Source: Octopus sinensis (lineage: Eukaryota). From it: a DNA stretch of 64,000 nucleotides. The stretch's first letter is position 1. Each line of letters begins with the position of its first letter. A program made the position numbers and the translations under genes. The stretch spans positions 19,096,001 to 19,160,000 of the forward strand of contig NC_043007.1 of NCBI RefSeq assembly GCF_006345805.1, in the 5' to 3' direction. Under the pieces are notes generated by a model. That model worked only from the letters and a program-made list of their open reading frames with translations. It was not told the DNA's origin and did not search any database. Below, piece after piece: positions 12,196-22,720 of the stretch.

Positions 12196-12763
12196 AAAAG
12201 AAAAAAAAAAAATTCAAAACCTTTGTTTCAGGTGATGTAGAATATGATTAAGTTGGAATTTAATGTGGAAAGGAATAAAATAATTGGGGTGGGTAATGGA
12301 TAATTCCATTGATACACCTCATCAAAACGAATGAGGAAACAAAGTCGAGATTTGAGATTTATCCAAACCCCAACGTCTCAATTTTTTTTCACATCAAATT
12401 CCGACATCTGGAATGTATTTGTAAAAAATATTATTGAGAGATATCCAGTATTCAGAAAGTTATGAGGAAACAAATGACGTGGATGAATTATCCGAAACTC
12501 CTTTCCACTGCCTCTGATATCTTTTTTCGCAACGAATTCCAATACAATCTTAATTTACATCATTTAAAATGTATCCAGGGAAAATTTCATTAAAAATATG
12601 TATTTTTCAGAAAGTTATAAAGTATCAGTCAAATGTGGGCACATATCTGTAGTTATGACCATAAAATGTCAGTATTCTTTCGGTATAACCCTCAGAACTG
12701 TCAAAATTCGATCATATGAGACCATATGATTGTTCATTAATTTCCGTGAAGAATATTTATTTA

Positions 12764-13002
12764 CAGCGTGGAAGGTGTTTATAATCCATTTAAGAAACAT
12801 ACAAAAACCGTTAGATTCACTTCAACATTTAAATTTAATTTGTCGAAATATTTTCGTCTCTTTGAGACCGCGACGATGCAGCACGAAGTTTTGTCAGTCT
12901 CAAAGCGACGAAAATATTTTGACAAATTAAATTTAAATGTTGAAGTGAATCTAACGGTTTTTGTGTGTTTTTTTAAATGGCTTACAAACACCTTCCACGC
13001 TG
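12764..13002. repeat. Fold-back inverted repeat (about 105-bp arms), PLE-terminus-like
   Basis: 12764-12868 is the near reverse complement of 12896-13002. Confidence 0.85.
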
Positions 13003-13070
13003 CAATTGTTTTCGTTCCAGCACACGATCTCAGATCAAATCACTTGCTATGCAAGTACATCTCCGTAATA

Positions 13071-13322
13071 TTTATTTACTTTTGCTTTAAAGTGAAAGAG
13101 GCGAAAGTGAAAGATGTATGGACGTGTATATGGAATGGACGTGTGTGTGAGAGAGAGAGAGAGAGAGTGAAGGGATGTGCTGTCATGTATACGTAGAGAG
13201 AGAGAGAGTGTGCCACATAGACATCTCTTTTTCTTTCTCTCTCTCTCTCTCTCACACACACACACGTCCATTTCATATACACGTACATACATCTTTCGCT
13301 TTAAAACAAAAGTAAATAAATA
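13071..13322. repeat. Imperfect inverted repeat around (GA)n/(CT)n tracts
   Basis: TTTATTTACTTTTG.TTTAAAG..AAAGATGTATG.ACGTGTATATG.AATGGACGTGTGTGTGAGAG is mirrored at 13235-13322. Confidence 0.7.
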
Positions 13323-13339
13323 AATAAATAAAATCAAAA

Positions 13340-13610
13340 CGAAGATCGCCAAAATGTCGATGCAATGGAGTCACCTTTTCGCAAATCTGACTAAAAGAAA
13401 CTTTTCATAATTTGTTGACGAGTCGACAGAATCGTTAAAGCGGTACTACTTAAGAAGAGTGGTCCTGGTGCGCGCACTCGCATAGTCGCGCATCCGCGCT
13501 AGCTAGTCGTTCCTACAACGACTACCTAGCAAAGTAAATAAAACTCAAAATAAATATTTTTTTTTTAAACAAAGTGATGGAAACGGCGGGTTTGTAGGGC
13601 CAGGCTGGGT
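13340..13610. promoter_or_regulatory. CpG-rich, non-repetitive patch; candidate promoter or first exon
   Basis: Dense CpG (GTGCGCGCACTCGCATAGTCGCGCATCCGCGC) in a CpG-poor background. Possible minus-strand splice donor AAG|GTGACT near 13375. No ORF. Confidence 0.35.
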
Positions 13611-13647
13611 TTTTCCCCCCTAATTCACGGAGATAAGTAGCTTATGG

Positions 13648-14066
13648 GGATCTTTTCGGTTTGAACGGCAGTTTTTAACAAAATTTCTAGGTAACTAAAC
13701 ACTTTTAAACTTCGTATATTGATAGAATGTGTTTATAAAACATCTTTTTCTCTTGGCTTTATTGAGAATATTCTATAGTTTGTAAGATATTTGTTGTTTA
13801 TTTTTTCTTCAATTTATGCAATTTCAACCAATCAGTGACGTCTATTGGGGTAAAAAAAAACATTCTGTGCCGTATGAATATGTCCCTCGTTTAAGAAACA
13901 GATTGGGTTTATTTACATTTGTGAAGAAGAAAAAAAGATACCCTTCCCCCCACCCCTAACCCTGAAACAGATTGAAATGCAATAGATCGATACTAGGGTC
14001 ATAATTATGGGTGACAATTTCATATGACATCACTAGAAAAAACTGCCGTTCAAACCGAAAAGATCC
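13648..14066. mobile_element. Intact MITE with 29-bp TIRs and an 8-bp TSD (Merlin/MULE-like)
   Basis: TIR GGATCTTTTCGGTTTGAACGGCAGTTTTT at both ends. TSD GCTTATGG at 13640-13647 and 14067-14074. Confidence 0.9.
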
Positions 14067-14989
14067 GCTTATGGTATCTAGTCCCATTTTCTCTTGGACC
14101 TTAGCGAACCCCTTAGATACTAATACTTATCTTCGTCGCTGAAGAGGTTCGTTCTCGGTGTCAGTTCGACCGCCTAAAAATAGCAACCAAATCTCCTTCA
14201 AGTAATATCCTGCCGTCTTAAAGGAAAAAGAAAGAGCAACTTAGGTGAAGTTAAAGATAACGCTGTGCCTGAATAACCGACGGGATGGTCGATACTGGAA
14301 CATCTTTGATCATTTATGCTCTACTGAAATTGACCTGAGGTTAGCACTTACAATAACCAGCGAAAGTAAAGAATACGTATACCCGGTGTTTAAGGTTAGG
14401 GTTTAGGATTTAGAATTAGGGTTAGGGTTTGGGCTTTTGTTACACCGAAAACGGAAGGTGTGCGCATTCTTTACCTCCGCCCAATAACCCCCTAAATAAG
14501 ATCGTTGTTTCTTGTTACTTTCTATTTTGGCAGTTTCAATAATTTATTATGTTGTGTCTGGGGAGAGTCATTTTCTTTTTGTGCCTTATAATGCTTCAAC
14601 ACACGAACTCACATAAAGAATCTTGCAAACCAAATCCAAAAACGAAAAATAATTTATTAGATTCGTTAACATGATGTGAAAAAAAAACAGAATAAATAAT
14701 AATAAAAACAAAGTTTTAAAAAAACAGTTGTAATTTACACGGACGAAAAGCATTAAGTTCACGAATTCGGAAAATGCAGATATCGAACGGGATTCGAACA
14801 AAAAGCTCTTCGTATGATTAAATATCTTAATTTAACAACAGAAATTAAAGTTATGGTTAACAGCTGAAAATCAGATTTAGATTAATCCTTAAACGGCGCG
14901 AAATGGTTGCAATGAACGTGTGCCAAACGGGGAAAAAAATTTTTTTTAATATATTTCTCGAGGGGAATTTTCAGGTACTAGTCACTAGT

Positions 14990-15290
14990 AACTAGTAGGA
15001 TACATGGGCCCCGAAATATTTCTACTCTTGGCACAAGGCCCCGATCCCAGTACGCCGAATGCAAAGTCGACCTCGGCGGAATTTTAACACAGAACGTAAC
15101 GGCAGACGAAACGTTCTGAGTTCAAATTCTGCCGAGGTCGACTTTGCCTTTCATCTTTTCAGGGTTGATAAATTAAGTACCAGTTGCGTACTGGAGTCGA
15201 TCTAATCGACTGACCCCCTCCCCCAAAATTTCGGGGGCCTTGTACCTAGAGTTGAAAAGAATATTTCGGGACCCTTGTATCCCCTAGTAC
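14990..15290. mobile_element. Head-to-head pair of headless SINE bodies (tail type B) with inverted flanks
   Basis: A minus body at about 15015-15110 abuts a plus body at about 15111-15263. The flank ACTAG..GGATACA.GGG.CCCGAAATATT is present inverted on both sides. Confidence 0.75.
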
Positions 15291-15617
15291 CAATTCTTAT
15301 ACTTATTTTCTCATTAAATAACTACAAAAACTATTATGATTGTTGTTTTCTCATACAATAAAATTCACAATCTCATGACTGAAAAGTGCTACGAAACATC
15401 CACTTTCCTTTGATGAAGGTCGTCGTATCCATGTAAAATTTTTAGAAACATCGGTTCATGATCTGCCGTTTAAGTGTTATGGTATTTAACCGTAAGGGAC
15501 AGGCCAGAGACCTCTAGAGATTAAGAGATAATCTGACATGGGAATGCTAAACCAAAGTATTCCAAATTATCTACTGAAAGAAAAAAACTTTCAATTACTA
15601 TACGTAGATATATAGAC

Positions 15618-15692
<75 letters not shown>

Positions 15693-15695
<3 letters not shown>

Positions 15696-15990
15696 GACCC
15701 CCTTCGGTCAGACACTGACCATGGGCTTGCACCTAGAGAGTTACCCTCTGAGGCACAAGTCTGGGCAAGGTTGTTTTTATGGAAGACCAGCAGTCGCCCA
15801 TGCATACCGGTCTCCCCTCTCCACGTCACCGATGTTGTCCAAGGGAAAGGCGAAGGGGCCGATACAGCTTGGCACCTGTGACGTCGCAACTCATTTCTAC
15901 AGCTGAGTGAACTGGAGCAACGTGAAATAAAGTGTCTTGCTCAAGAACACAACACGCAGCCCGGTCCTGGATTCGAGCTCACAACCTCAT
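15693..15990 (-). mobile_element. tRNA-derived SINE (partial head, CORE/V-like centre)
   Basis: Minus strand has B-box-like GAGCTCGAATCC, then TCTTGAGCAAGACACTTTATTTCACGTTGCTCCAG, which is shared with 32360-32420 and 54670-54720. Confidence 0.7.
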
Positions 15991-16683
15991 ATATAACGAT
16001 GTGCTAAACTCTTCTGCCATCTTCTGATTTGGATCGCACACACGCTACACACACACATACGGCTATCTTTGCCTTCAAAGCATCACTTTCACTTTGTATA
16101 CAAGGTATAACGAAAGTGAAACTGATGTTCTATATACAATGACAGCTTTCTCATTCTCTCTGGCACATATGTAGTAGTTGTATTAAAGAGTCGAAACTAT
16201 TGAAAAGGTTGCAAGACGCAACGAAAAATTTTAGGAAATTTTACCGGTGCGTGTGTTAAATTATAAAGCACTCAAAGAGAATGACTCTCCCCAGACACAA
16301 CAAAATATGCTTCAACACACGAACTCACATAAAGAATCTTGCAAATCAAATCCAAAAACGTATTAAATATATTTATGGCTAAAAGAAGCGCTTTTATTTC
16401 AACGTTAACCTGGTTAAAGTATATTTAGTTTTTTTCTTTCCTCCCTTTTGAAAATATTACTAAAGACCTTACAGTACCTGTAGCCTCCAAAACCTTATTT
16501 AATTCTTGGAGACAGTTTGAATTATTAATTAAAAGATTTTAACATTTTGATTCTTTTTGATTGAAAAAAAATCTCATGAGTTTTTTTAAGTCATAAATAT
16601 TTGCAATAAATAAGTTGATAGCAAGTTGCTTTAATTTCGATTTCATAAGATATTCAATTCTGTGTGTGTTACCATTGGCTCAC

Positions 16684-17328
16684 TTAAATAACAAATGGAT
16701 AGGAACTGACATAGTCTTTGAGAAAAGGTGGAAGTGGTAATTTTCGTATGGAATAATGAAGAGGGGTCTCTGCCTCCGTTTTCTCAACTGACACATTGAT
16801 AACGAGCCTGCAGAGATGTTTTAATGTTGGAACTGAGTGTCTTAATGGAATTTCCAGAATGATTGGTATGTGCTTGTTGACAGAGCTATCGAACCAACAC
16901 CAATGGTTTTGAATCCCTCTTTCATGCCGGGGTCCTTTTGAACAACGATTGGAATAAAATTGTACAAGTTCAATAACAGTTTGAAAAAGAGGTATTTTAT
17001 TTTGGGCTTCTTTGACACAATCTAAATGGAAGAAATTGTAGCGGGAAATTATTTTGGTACTGATCACTTTGTCGAAGGTTTTCACCGACAATGCAAACAC
17101 ATTCTCTGAATTAAAACTGTTCCGTAAGAGAAAGGTTCCATTTTCGGTATTTAATAGAATGTGGTGTGCCTTCTCTTTGCTCATTTCGGCATAGTACCAT
17201 TTTCCTTCGTTTAAATATTGTTTGTTGATTAAAATAATTCGTAGAAATTTCATTTTTGTATCTGTCAGTGGTGATGACGCTGGAGCCAAGTGATGGTTCA
17301 CCCCGGGTTGATTAGGGGATCGTTTCAT
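16684..17328 (-). CDS. Suppressor of cytokine signaling 2 / CIS-like protein (SH2 domain + SOCS box), single coding exon, 214 aa
   Basis: SH2 WYYAEMSKEKAHHILLNTENGTFLLRNS...FALSVKT...LVQFY. C-terminal SOCS box SVPTLKHLCRLVIN...IRKLPLPPFLKDYVSSYPF. AAAATG start context, with an in-frame stop upstream at 17455-17457 and no earlier ATG. Candidate AATAAA at 16393-16398 (-). Confidence 0.92.
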   Translation of the reverse strand: MKRSPNQPGVNHHLAPASSPLTDTKMKFLRIILINKQYLNEGKWYYAEMSKEKAHHILLNTENGTFLLRNSFNSENVFALSVKTFDKVISTKIISRYNFFHLDCVKEAQNKIPLFQTVIELVQFYSNRCSKGPRHERGIQNHWCWFDSSVNKHIPIILEIPLRHSVPTLKHLCRLVINVSVEKTEAETPLHYSIRKLPLPPFLKDYVSSYPFVI

Positions 17329-18696
17329 TTTGAACGAATACGAAACAAAGGGATTTGAGTCAGTTTTACTTATCGTTGGAATTTCTTTAAAAATCCAGAC
17401 AATTGCGTTATAATTCCTTATGTAGACATGTAAGTAATCAGGGATTACTTTTGTTTAATTATTTTCTTTCCGAGAGAAAATGAAATTGTGCCACAATCCA
17501 TGTAAGAGAAATGAAATAGTTCCGAAGTTTCGAGCAGGGATTTATAAGGACGAGAAACCAACAAATATTGATTTCTTCTTAAACCAAGTCCGAGACCCCA
17601 TTGTGTGAATTGAGTAATGGAAATTGTGAGGTTTTATACTTTTTCCAAGAAATACTCCTCCTGTAAGTAAAAAGATGCGGAGTTATGTCATAAATGTTGG
17701 ATGTGAAACCTGAAAGTTGATAAGTGAAAAACATAATTTATTTGCAAAATGTTGGTGAGTAAACGACAATTTTTTTCTTTTCATTCATTCAATTATATAA
17801 CATATCTTTGACTGTAACGAGTTCGTTGTGTTTCTCTTTACTATGGGTTGACTGAATAATTATGTAATAATTGATAATATGATTACGAAAAATATTAATC
17901 AATAATTTTAAGTGATGATATTTTTTAAAAAAAGGCTTTTATTCCTTTTTTCTTTTTACAAACAAAATTTCGGCTTTTATCGGAGATTAAAAAATCGTGT
18001 GTGTGTGCTTGTGTGTGTGTGTAGACAATGTGAATGAGAACAGGGTACTGTCAGAGAAAGATGGTAAGAGAATTGACAGAGAAGTAATAAAAAAAACAAC
18101 AAGAAAACAATAGTTGCAAAAGTTGCTTGCCTAGAGTGAAGCTGTGCCGTTGTTGTGATCCGGGGTTGAGTCTCTCAACTGGGCCCCTGTTGTGTATCTC
18201 TGAATCCTGATGCTGCGAATGTTCCATAAAACTGTTCAACAAAGTTCCAAAGCTGTGTTACCCTGTGTTAAAATCGCACCGCTTCTATGACCCATCTCGG
18301 AGCTGTGTTCCCACAAAGCCATTCTCTTTGTACTCCACCGGGATTCAGTACGCTCCCTCGTAGCTGGTCCTCTAACAAACCCCATCACTTTTAGAGTTGT
18401 GCTTCTTAGACCAACAAACTCTCGGTTGTGTATCTCAAGTAAAATAGAACATCTAAAAGAAAATAATCTAAAACTTGTCGCAGACGTCATCAATCGTCTC
18501 GGGTTTTCTCTTCTGCTGCTTCTCTCTTCGAAACTTTCACAGCGATGGCTAAGAAAAGATAGAGTATTTGCTGTTCCAATTTATTAGAACTATGTCGCCA
18601 TTAACTTACGGTTGTGCCGACGCCCCGTCGAGACAGAGCAGCCTGTTCTCTGCTTTAAAATTTAGATTTGTGCTGCCGTTAACATTTTTGGGGGCC

Positions 18697-18863
18697 AGGC
18701 GCATGAGTGGCTGTGTGGTAAGTAGTTTGCTTACCAACCACATGGTTCCAGGTTCAGTTATTAGACTGCGTGGTACCTTGGGCAAGTGTCTTCTACTATA
18801 GCCTCAGGCCGACCAAAGCCTTGTGAGTAGATTTGGTAGACGGAAACTGAAAGAAGCCTGTTG

Positions 18864-18900
<37 letters not shown>

Positions 18901-19075
18901 TTGTCCCCCAACATCGCTTGACAACCGATGCTGGTGTGTTTACATCCTCGTAACTTGGCGGTTCGGCAAAAGAGACAGATAGAATAAGTACTAGGCTTAC
19001 AAAGAATAAGTCCCGGGGTTGATTTCTTCGACTAAAGGCGGTGCTCCAGCATGGCCACAGTCAAATGACTGAAAC
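18697..19075 (+). mobile_element. About 400-bp tRNA-derived SINE with an internal (TA/TG)n tract (family C here)
   Basis: Head GGCTGTGTGGTAAG...GGTTCAGT, then CCTTGGGCAAGTGTCTTCT, and tail GCTCCAGCATGGCC.CAGTCAAATGACTGAAAC. Other copies at about 19726-20090, 21108-21490, 29495-29865(-), 42605-43010, 43285-43940(-), 46860-47460, 51366-51840(-), 58752-59120 and 60620-61005(-). Confidence 0.9.
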
Positions 19076-19465
19076 ATTTGTCTAGAGTTTTAATCCAGCA
19101 CAGCTTTTCGGCAAAGTACCGCTCCGAGGTCAGAACATGGGCCAGAACCGAGTGGGAAGAATTTGCGTATTTGTCTGTAATACCTCCGGCTGTTAGAACC
19201 GGTTCTCCGTCTCTAACCAACTTCAGTTAGCCATCACAGTCGTCATCAAAAAGAAGAAACAAGGTGCGAGATTTCAACTTAACATAGCATTATTACCACG
19301 GCCGCAATTGTATCCCAGGGCTGAATGCAGGTCCCGGCAGGTAAAGAAGAGCCGTCATCACCGGTGATGATGCCACTGCTAATGTCGCCAGGTATTCGCT
19401 GACAGTAACACCGATTCGTAAATAAAGAACTGTCAAAAGAAAGAGAAAGTGAAAGAATTCTGTAT

Positions 19466-19492
19466 TTCCAAGAATTTCTCTATTTCTAGGAA
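19466..19492. promoter_or_regulatory. Tandem STAT (GAS) motifs upstream of the SOCS gene
   Basis: TTCCAAGAA (19466-19474) and TTCTAGGAA (19484-19492) both fit TTCYNRGAA and are 9 bp apart. A further TTCCAAGAA lies at 17643-17651. Confidence 0.5.
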
Positions 19493-19541
19493 AATGAAGC
19501 TTAAATCAATATTCAGAAACGTAAATATTTTACTTTTATGA

Positions 19542-19604
<63 letters not shown>

Positions 19605-20321
19605 TATTATTATTATTATTATTACTATTATTATTATATTATTATTATTATTATTATTATTACTATTATTATTACTATTATTATTATTATTATTATTATT
19701 AAAATTATTATTATTATTACTATTATGTGGCTGTGTGGTAAGTAGCTAGCTAACCAACCACATTTTTCCGGGTTCAGTCCCACTGCGTGGCATCTTGGGC
19801 AAGTGTCTTCTGCTATAGCCCCGGGCCGACCAAAGCCTTGTGAGTGGATTTGGTAGACAGAAACTGAAAGAAGCCTGTCGTATATATGTATATGTATGTG
19901 TTTGTCCCCCTAGCATTGCTTGACAACCGATGCTGGTGTGTTTACGTCCCCGTCACTTAGCGGTTCGGCAAAAGAGACCGATAGAATAAGTACTGGGCTT
20001 ACAAAAAATAAGTCCCGGGGTCGATTTTCTCGACTAAAGGCGGTGCTCCAGCATGGCCGCAGTCAAATGACTGAAACAAGTAAAAGAGAGAGTATTATCA
20101 TTATTATTGTTGTTGTTGTTGTAAACCTCCATACTTTATGTCTGTCTTTGTATTGACCCCTCATCCTTCGCCCTGGGGGCAAATAAAAGAAACCGGCAAA
20201 TAAAAGAATGTGGGCTTCACCCCCCCCCCTTTTTTTTTTTACAGACTCCCCCATTTTCGAGTACGGAGATTCTGGTACAGTTCTGTATCTAAGAAGTTTT
20301 CAACCAGCGCATGAAGTTAAC

Positions 20322-20398
20322 GCCCACGGGCATATGGCGTAGTGGTTAAGAGCGCAGGCTACTAAACCCAAGATTCTGAGTTCGATTCCAGGCAGTGA

Positions 20399-20431
<33 letters not shown>

Positions 20432-20531
20432 GGAATGAGAACTTAGGTTCGAAATTTCCCTCAAGACACCTGATTAAAGCTATGGAGGGTATATCAACCG
20501 AAATGTGTTAACAACAAAGATGAGGACAAAT
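20322..20531 (+). mobile_element. tRNA-headed element with (AAT)n and a degenerate hammerhead module
   Basis: A box TGGCGTAGTGG, B box GAGTTCGATTCC, (AAT)n, then GACACCTGATTAAAGCT..GG...TCAACCGAAATGTGTTAACAACAAAGATGAGGACAAA. Homologous to 1845-2132. Confidence 0.75.
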
Positions 20532-20741
20532 TCTTCAATTTTCACTTTTTCCAGAAATTTTATTCTGCGAAATACGTAGAAAAATACGGAGATTATGATT
20601 GTAAAAAAAATTGGGTTTTTTTTTTTTTTTTTTCAGAATGAGAATCTCCGTACTCGAAAATGGGAGATTCTGTAAAAAAAAAAAAAATAATAATAATAAC
20701 GAAAGGGGGTACAGTCCACATTCTTTGCATCCGCCAAGAAA

Positions 20742-20797
<56 letters not shown>

Positions 20798-20968
20798 TAT
20801 GGGTTTTTCTTCTTCTTTCAAATTTGCTTCCATTTCTCGCCGAGTGTCTTCCCGACTCCTAGGGCAAAGAAACTTATAGTATACATTGGTAGGCCATTAA
20901 ACTAAATTAACTAGTTCGTTCATTTTTTTTTTTTTGATAGAAATAAAGTTAAATTTGATAGAAATAAA

Positions 20969-21054
<86 letters not shown>

Positions 21055-21571
21055 TATTATTATATTATTATTATTATTATTATTATTATTTGCTTTTAAA
21101 CATACACGGAGTGGCTGTGTGGTAAGTAGCTTGCTAACCAGCCACGGTTCCGGGTTCAGTCCCACTGCATGGCATCTTGGGCAAGTGTCTTCTGCTATAG
21201 CCCGGGCCGACCAATGCCTTGTGAGTGGATTTGGTAGACAGAAACTGAAAGAAGCCTGTCGTATATATGTATATATATATATATGTATGTTTGTGTGTCT
21301 GTGTTTGTCCCCCTAGCATTGCTTGACAACCGATGCTGGTGTGTTTACGTCCCCATCACTTAGCGGTTTGGCAAAAGAGGCCGATAGAATAAGTACTGAG
21401 CTTACAAAGTATAAGTCCCAGGGTCGATTTGCTCGACTAAAGGCGGTGCTCCAGCATGGCCGCAGTCAAATGACTGAAACAAGTAAAAAAAAAAAAAAAA
21501 GCGTCTACGATTACATTCACTGCTATTAATTCTAACAAATTTTTCGTTCTGTGCAGTTGTGTGTTTATAAC

Positions 21572-22276
21572 GGGGTCCGGACAAAAGCCCCTTAGTTAAA
21601 GTGTGAAAGTGGACAAAAGCCCCACGGTTATATTTTACGGTAATTTTAATTCCTTTTCACCTTCCACTTGTTTCAGTCATTAGGCTGTGGCCATGCTGCG
21701 GCACTGCCTTGCAGAATTTTAAAATTTTTTACTTGTTGCAGTTATTAGACAGCGGTCGCCCAGGCTGGGGCACTACCTACAAGAAATTTTAGATGGCTGC
21801 ATGGAACCCAGAATTTTTTTTAAACCTGATCTGTGATATATTTCTTTTTTTTTTTCGTTTTACTTATTGCAGTCATTAGACTGGGGCCACGCTGGGGCAC
21901 CACCTGGAAGATTTTCAGAAAATCAAAAAATCAATCAAAGGGGTTATAAAAAATTTCAAGAGATTTGGCTGTTGTTTCTAGCATGTGGAGATACCTTCTA
22001 GGCTTAACTTCACGCTCTGTTGAAAATCATAAAAAAAAATTCTGGGGTCGTTACATTCAACTAGGAAATCTTCAAGTAGTGCCCCAGCATGGCCACAGTC
22101 TAATAACTGCAACAAGTAAAAAGGAAAAAGAAATTCTGGGGGTCAATATGTTCAACTAAAATTTCTTCGAGGCAGTGCCCCAGCATGGCCACAGTCTAGT
22201 CACTGAAACAAATAAAAGGTGAAAAAAAACAAAAAAATAATTGGAAAATATAACTATGGGGCTTTTGTCCTACCCT
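21572..22276. mobile_element. MULE-like fold-back element filled with SINE tail fragments
   Basis: Ends GGGGTCCGGACAAAAGCCCC / GGGGCTTTTGTCCTACCCT. TSD TGTTTATAAC at 21562-21571 and 22277-22286. Confidence 0.7.
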
Positions 22277-22334
22277 TGTTTATAACACACCTGCATTCAC
22301 GACCCCATCTACATTTCTTTGTGTTTGTATGTGT

Positions 22335-22720
22335 GTGGAGGCACAATGGCCCAGTGGTTAGGGTAGCGGACTCGCGGTCATAGGATCGCGGTTTCGATTC
22401 CCAGACCGGGCGTTGTGAGTGTTTATTGAGTGAAAACACCTAAAGCTCCACGAGGCTCCGGCAGGGGATGGTAGTGATCCCTGCTTTACTCTTTCACCAC
22501 AACTTTCTCTCACTCTTACTTCCTGTTTCTGTTGTACCTGTATTTCAAAGGGCCGGCCTTGTCACTCTCTGTGTCACGCTGAATATCCCCGAGAACTACG
22601 TTAAGGGTACACGTGTCTGTGGAGTGCTCAGCCACTTACACGTTAATTTCACGAGCAGGCTGTTCCGTTGATTCGGATCAACTGGAACCCTCGTCGTCGT
22701 AACCGACGGAGTGCTTCCAA
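22335..22720 (+). mobile_element. tRNA-derived SINE (family D head, tail type 1)
   Basis: Head GGAGGCACAATGGCCCAGTGGTTAGGG...GGTTTCGATTCC. Related heads at 22985, 28735, 57157-57528(-) and 61980-62325(-) carry different 3' tails. Confidence 0.85.

Noticed and set aside
20329-20400. Functional tRNA gene (also the heads at 22335, 42605 and 54590)
   Set aside because: A and B boxes are present, but no proper acceptor stem forms and each continues into repeat body. These are SINE heads.
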